A stretch of DNA of 58,760 nt, filler included, from Circinaria calcarea (lineage: Eukaryota): assembly GCA_051942165.1 (NCBI GenBank). It is 9 parts of 9 records of this genome, joined end to end, with 100 filler letters (N's around TTAATTAATTAA, not from the genome) between each part and the next. Parts side by side here need not be neighbours in the genome. Positions count along the whole stretch, not along the records: positions 52,338 to 58,760 come from JAVECS010001591.1; 8 more parts are not named here. The stretch is one strand, 5' to 3'. A program made the position numbers and the translations under genes. The notes beneath the pieces were generated by a model, which ran no database searches, was not told where the DNA came from, and worked only from the letters and a program-made list of their open reading frames with translations. Positions 56,504 through 58,760 of this stretch are shown here, piece after piece; positions within the stretch are counted from its first letter, which is position 1; each line of letters begins with the position of its first letter.

Positions 56504-57420
56504 CTACCATGGCACCTGTCGACCGTCCCATACCCACAACTTCCCACCATGAGTCTCCCTTTTGGCAACGTCGAATATCTTGATCATTCCCGTAACGCTC
56601 TGTTCCACGGTAAGGGCAGCCTTCTCGAACCCAAAAGCTTTAGCGCCGCGGTTGCCAATGTCTGTCTGAACCCAGCTATAGACAGTGAGTGAAAAGTTAC
56701 ATTATAACTTCACCGACTCCTTTCGGACTTACCCTGGATCGATAGGAAACGCGGTAAGCTCAGGCTCCTCAATGTGGATTGCCTTGGTAAGCCAGTGGAG
56801 AACAACTTTCGTTGGTGCATAGGCGGCGTTTTGCACAGGGAGCATGTCCCTACGGGATGTTAATGCCCGTGGCATATGTACGGGTTGCAGAACGGATGTC
56901 ACTCACTGGATCACGGAGGTTAGCAAGCAGCAAAACGTCCAACATCTCAGGCATGTTCCGGCACACTTACCGTGAGGAATGCGGAAGCAGAGCCCATGCT
57001 CACCCACATGGGACTTTCCGACTTCTTAAGCAAGGGCAGAGTAGCTTGGTAGAGCCAGATGATGCCGTAGGTATTCGGAACGGTATGCTTGTGCATATCC
57101 TCGACCTTAACTTCGGAAACCTTGGGATAAATGTAGGCGACCCCAGCGTTGGCAATGATGATGTCAAGGTGATCGATGCCATTGGATGCAAGCTGCTTCA
57201 CAGCGTCGGCAGGGTCAGTGGGGACGGTGGCATCGACCTTGACCAGGAGAAGAGAGGTGCCTTCAGCCTTGGGCAAATCCGCGAGAGCTTTGGAAGTTGG
57301 ATGATTGGGGTCGCGGTTGGCAGCAATGACGGTGTGGTTTGGTTTGGCGAGGTAAAGCTCAAGGAGGCCTTTGCCAATGCCTCTGTTGGTGCCGGTGATC
57401 AGCACAATGGTTGGTGCCAT
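56504..57420 (-). CDS. Short-chain dehydrogenase/reductase, Nor-1/AflD-like ketoreductase (245 aa); exons 57420-56972, 56849-56733, 56675-56504
   Basis: TGTNRGIG, IANAG, SMGS, YAPTK (YxxxK), IDPGWVQTDIGN; exons sum to 738 nt only if 56971-56850 is removed as a stwintron. Confidence 0.9.
56850..56971 (-). other. Spliceosomal twin intron (stwintron), [D1,2] with alternative [A2,3] route
   Basis: G|GTAAGT..GCTAAC..CAG|TGAGT..ATTAAC..TAG: removing the 65-nt internal intron rebuilds a GTGAGT donor for a 57-nt external intron. Confidence 0.85.
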
Positions 57421-58155
57421 AATGTGTTGGAATCGCAGAGAAAGGGAGGTAGGGAATAGTAGGTATTTGTGACGGCAAGATATAGTAGCTGAAGTTGCGC
57501 GTGCTTGATAAGCAAAGCGCGGTCATGCTGCCTGGTGAGCAAACACGTGCCGATTACACTGCTTACGGCTCTAACCAGCATTGGGAGTTGGGGGTCTGCC
57601 CATCTAGAGGGAAGAAGCCGATCCATGAGTATATGTACAGTAGTAACAAAAGGTGTGGAAGTATGGTGGTAATGAATCGACGTTGCGGTAATAATAAATT
57701 TTCGAATTTTTTTTTTTTGGAAAATCGCTTTTCGACTTCGCGCATGCCAGCTTCTGTCATTAATTACTATGGCAGCAGCGACAACGCATGACATTAGATA
57801 GATAGCTTGAGATAATATTATTGCGAAAGCAAATCTCTGCCGCTTGCGCTGCAGTCATTCACTCGTAGATGTCATTCCTAGGATAGGGAAGGTCAGGAGA
57901 TGAGCCAAATATCTACTTTGTTTCTGACTTGGACTAGAATCTTGGTTATCAATGTTTTCTGTTTTTGCCACATCTTAGAAGAGATCACTGATGGAACGAG
58001 GGTGGGGAGAATTAGCATATCTGCAACGTGGCTTACGAATCGAGGTTTTGCGTGTAGCTAATTCGTTTACACCTCATCACTCTTTCCTCCCCCAATTTCA
58101 ATCTCCAAACATAAAGAACCCCGTCACAGACCAAATTGATTAATCCCTTCCACAT

Positions 58156-58197
58156 CCGCATTCCGCATTCCGCATTCCGCATTCCGCATCCGCATTC
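58156..58197. repeat. (CCGCATT)n heptanucleotide microsatellite
   Basis: About six copies, one lacking a T. Confidence 0.9.
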
Positions 58198-58760
58198 TAA
58201 TAGGGGGGTATCAGAGCAACAAACTCATTCTATGCAAACAACGATGAAAAGGATTCGGTATTAAAAGCCATGCATGCCGAGCGAACTCAAAAGCCTGCAA
58301 GATATAGACAATACGAAGACAGAAAATGGTAACACGGCCAAGTCTCTTTTATACATGAATAGTAGCACGTAGAGAGTTGGATTGGTAACCGCTGAGCAAA
58401 AGGTATTCGCGGATTAATCAGACAAACAGGTGAAGATGCATGCAAGCGAATAGAGAGGCATTGTCCCGGCCAAAAGTATGGATTAAGCTCCATGTGGTCC
58501 TCTGGCAAGTACAGTTCATGCCGGCCAGTTCCCAAAGACCAATCGCAACGACTAGTCCGATCTTGAAGACCTTATTCGAACGGACTGAATACCCCCTCAT
58601 CCTCCCCGCTTCTGTCCATAACTCTTCTCCCGAAATCCAATTCTTCAAAGGGAGGCTTCCACTCCTTGAGGCCATGAGGGCTCGCACCTCCACTGAGAGT
58701 GAGTGTACTCACAATTGACGATGGCGGCACTATTGTCTCTTCCGACGTAGGCAACAACGC

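Noticed and set aside
56812..57459. 215-aa plus-strand ORF, and similar antisense ORFs over other genes
   Set aside because: Antisense shadows of real genes caused by codon bias.
58260..58760. Possible 3' end of a minus-strand gene (..VVAYVGRDNSAAIVN then GTGAGT donor)
   Set aside because: Too little coding sequence to identify, and the downstream exon is ambiguous.

Overview
Fungal (filamentous ascomycete, Pezizomycotina) genomic DNA, but not a contiguous locus. Nine unrelated contigs in descending size order (6452, 6450, 6447, 6444, 6442, 6441, 6431, 6430, 6423 bp) are joined by identical artificial 100-bp spacers (44 N + TTAATTAATTAA + 44 N), so synteny is meaningful only within a contig. 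Intron-containing housekeeping genes: PEX12, a UCH deubiquitinase, GCN1, a DHX29-like DEAH helicase, an Msg5/Pmp1-like phosphatase, an Mto2/Spa18-like protein, the Mit1 chromatin remodeler and DML1. Accessory genes: an FAD monooxygenase, secreted kelch and cupin-like proteins, an MFS transporter, an HExxH protein, a divergent Tctex-1, an ankyrin protein, a DUF3425 protein, a Nor-1-like SDR, a BBE-like oxidase pseudogene and an intronless 1849-aa chimeric C2H2 protein. Several transposon relics are present, some with RIP-like mutation. The strongest unusual signal is a spliceosomal twin intron (stwintron, [D1,2] with an alternative [A2,3] route) that is required to keep the SDR gene in frame. 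Other notable items are a ~310-bp foldback made of two head-to-head LTR-like copies, a PIF/Harbinger-like terminus 77 bp upstream of the 1849-aa ORF, and two GC-AG introns. All family assignments are from motif recall, not database searches.
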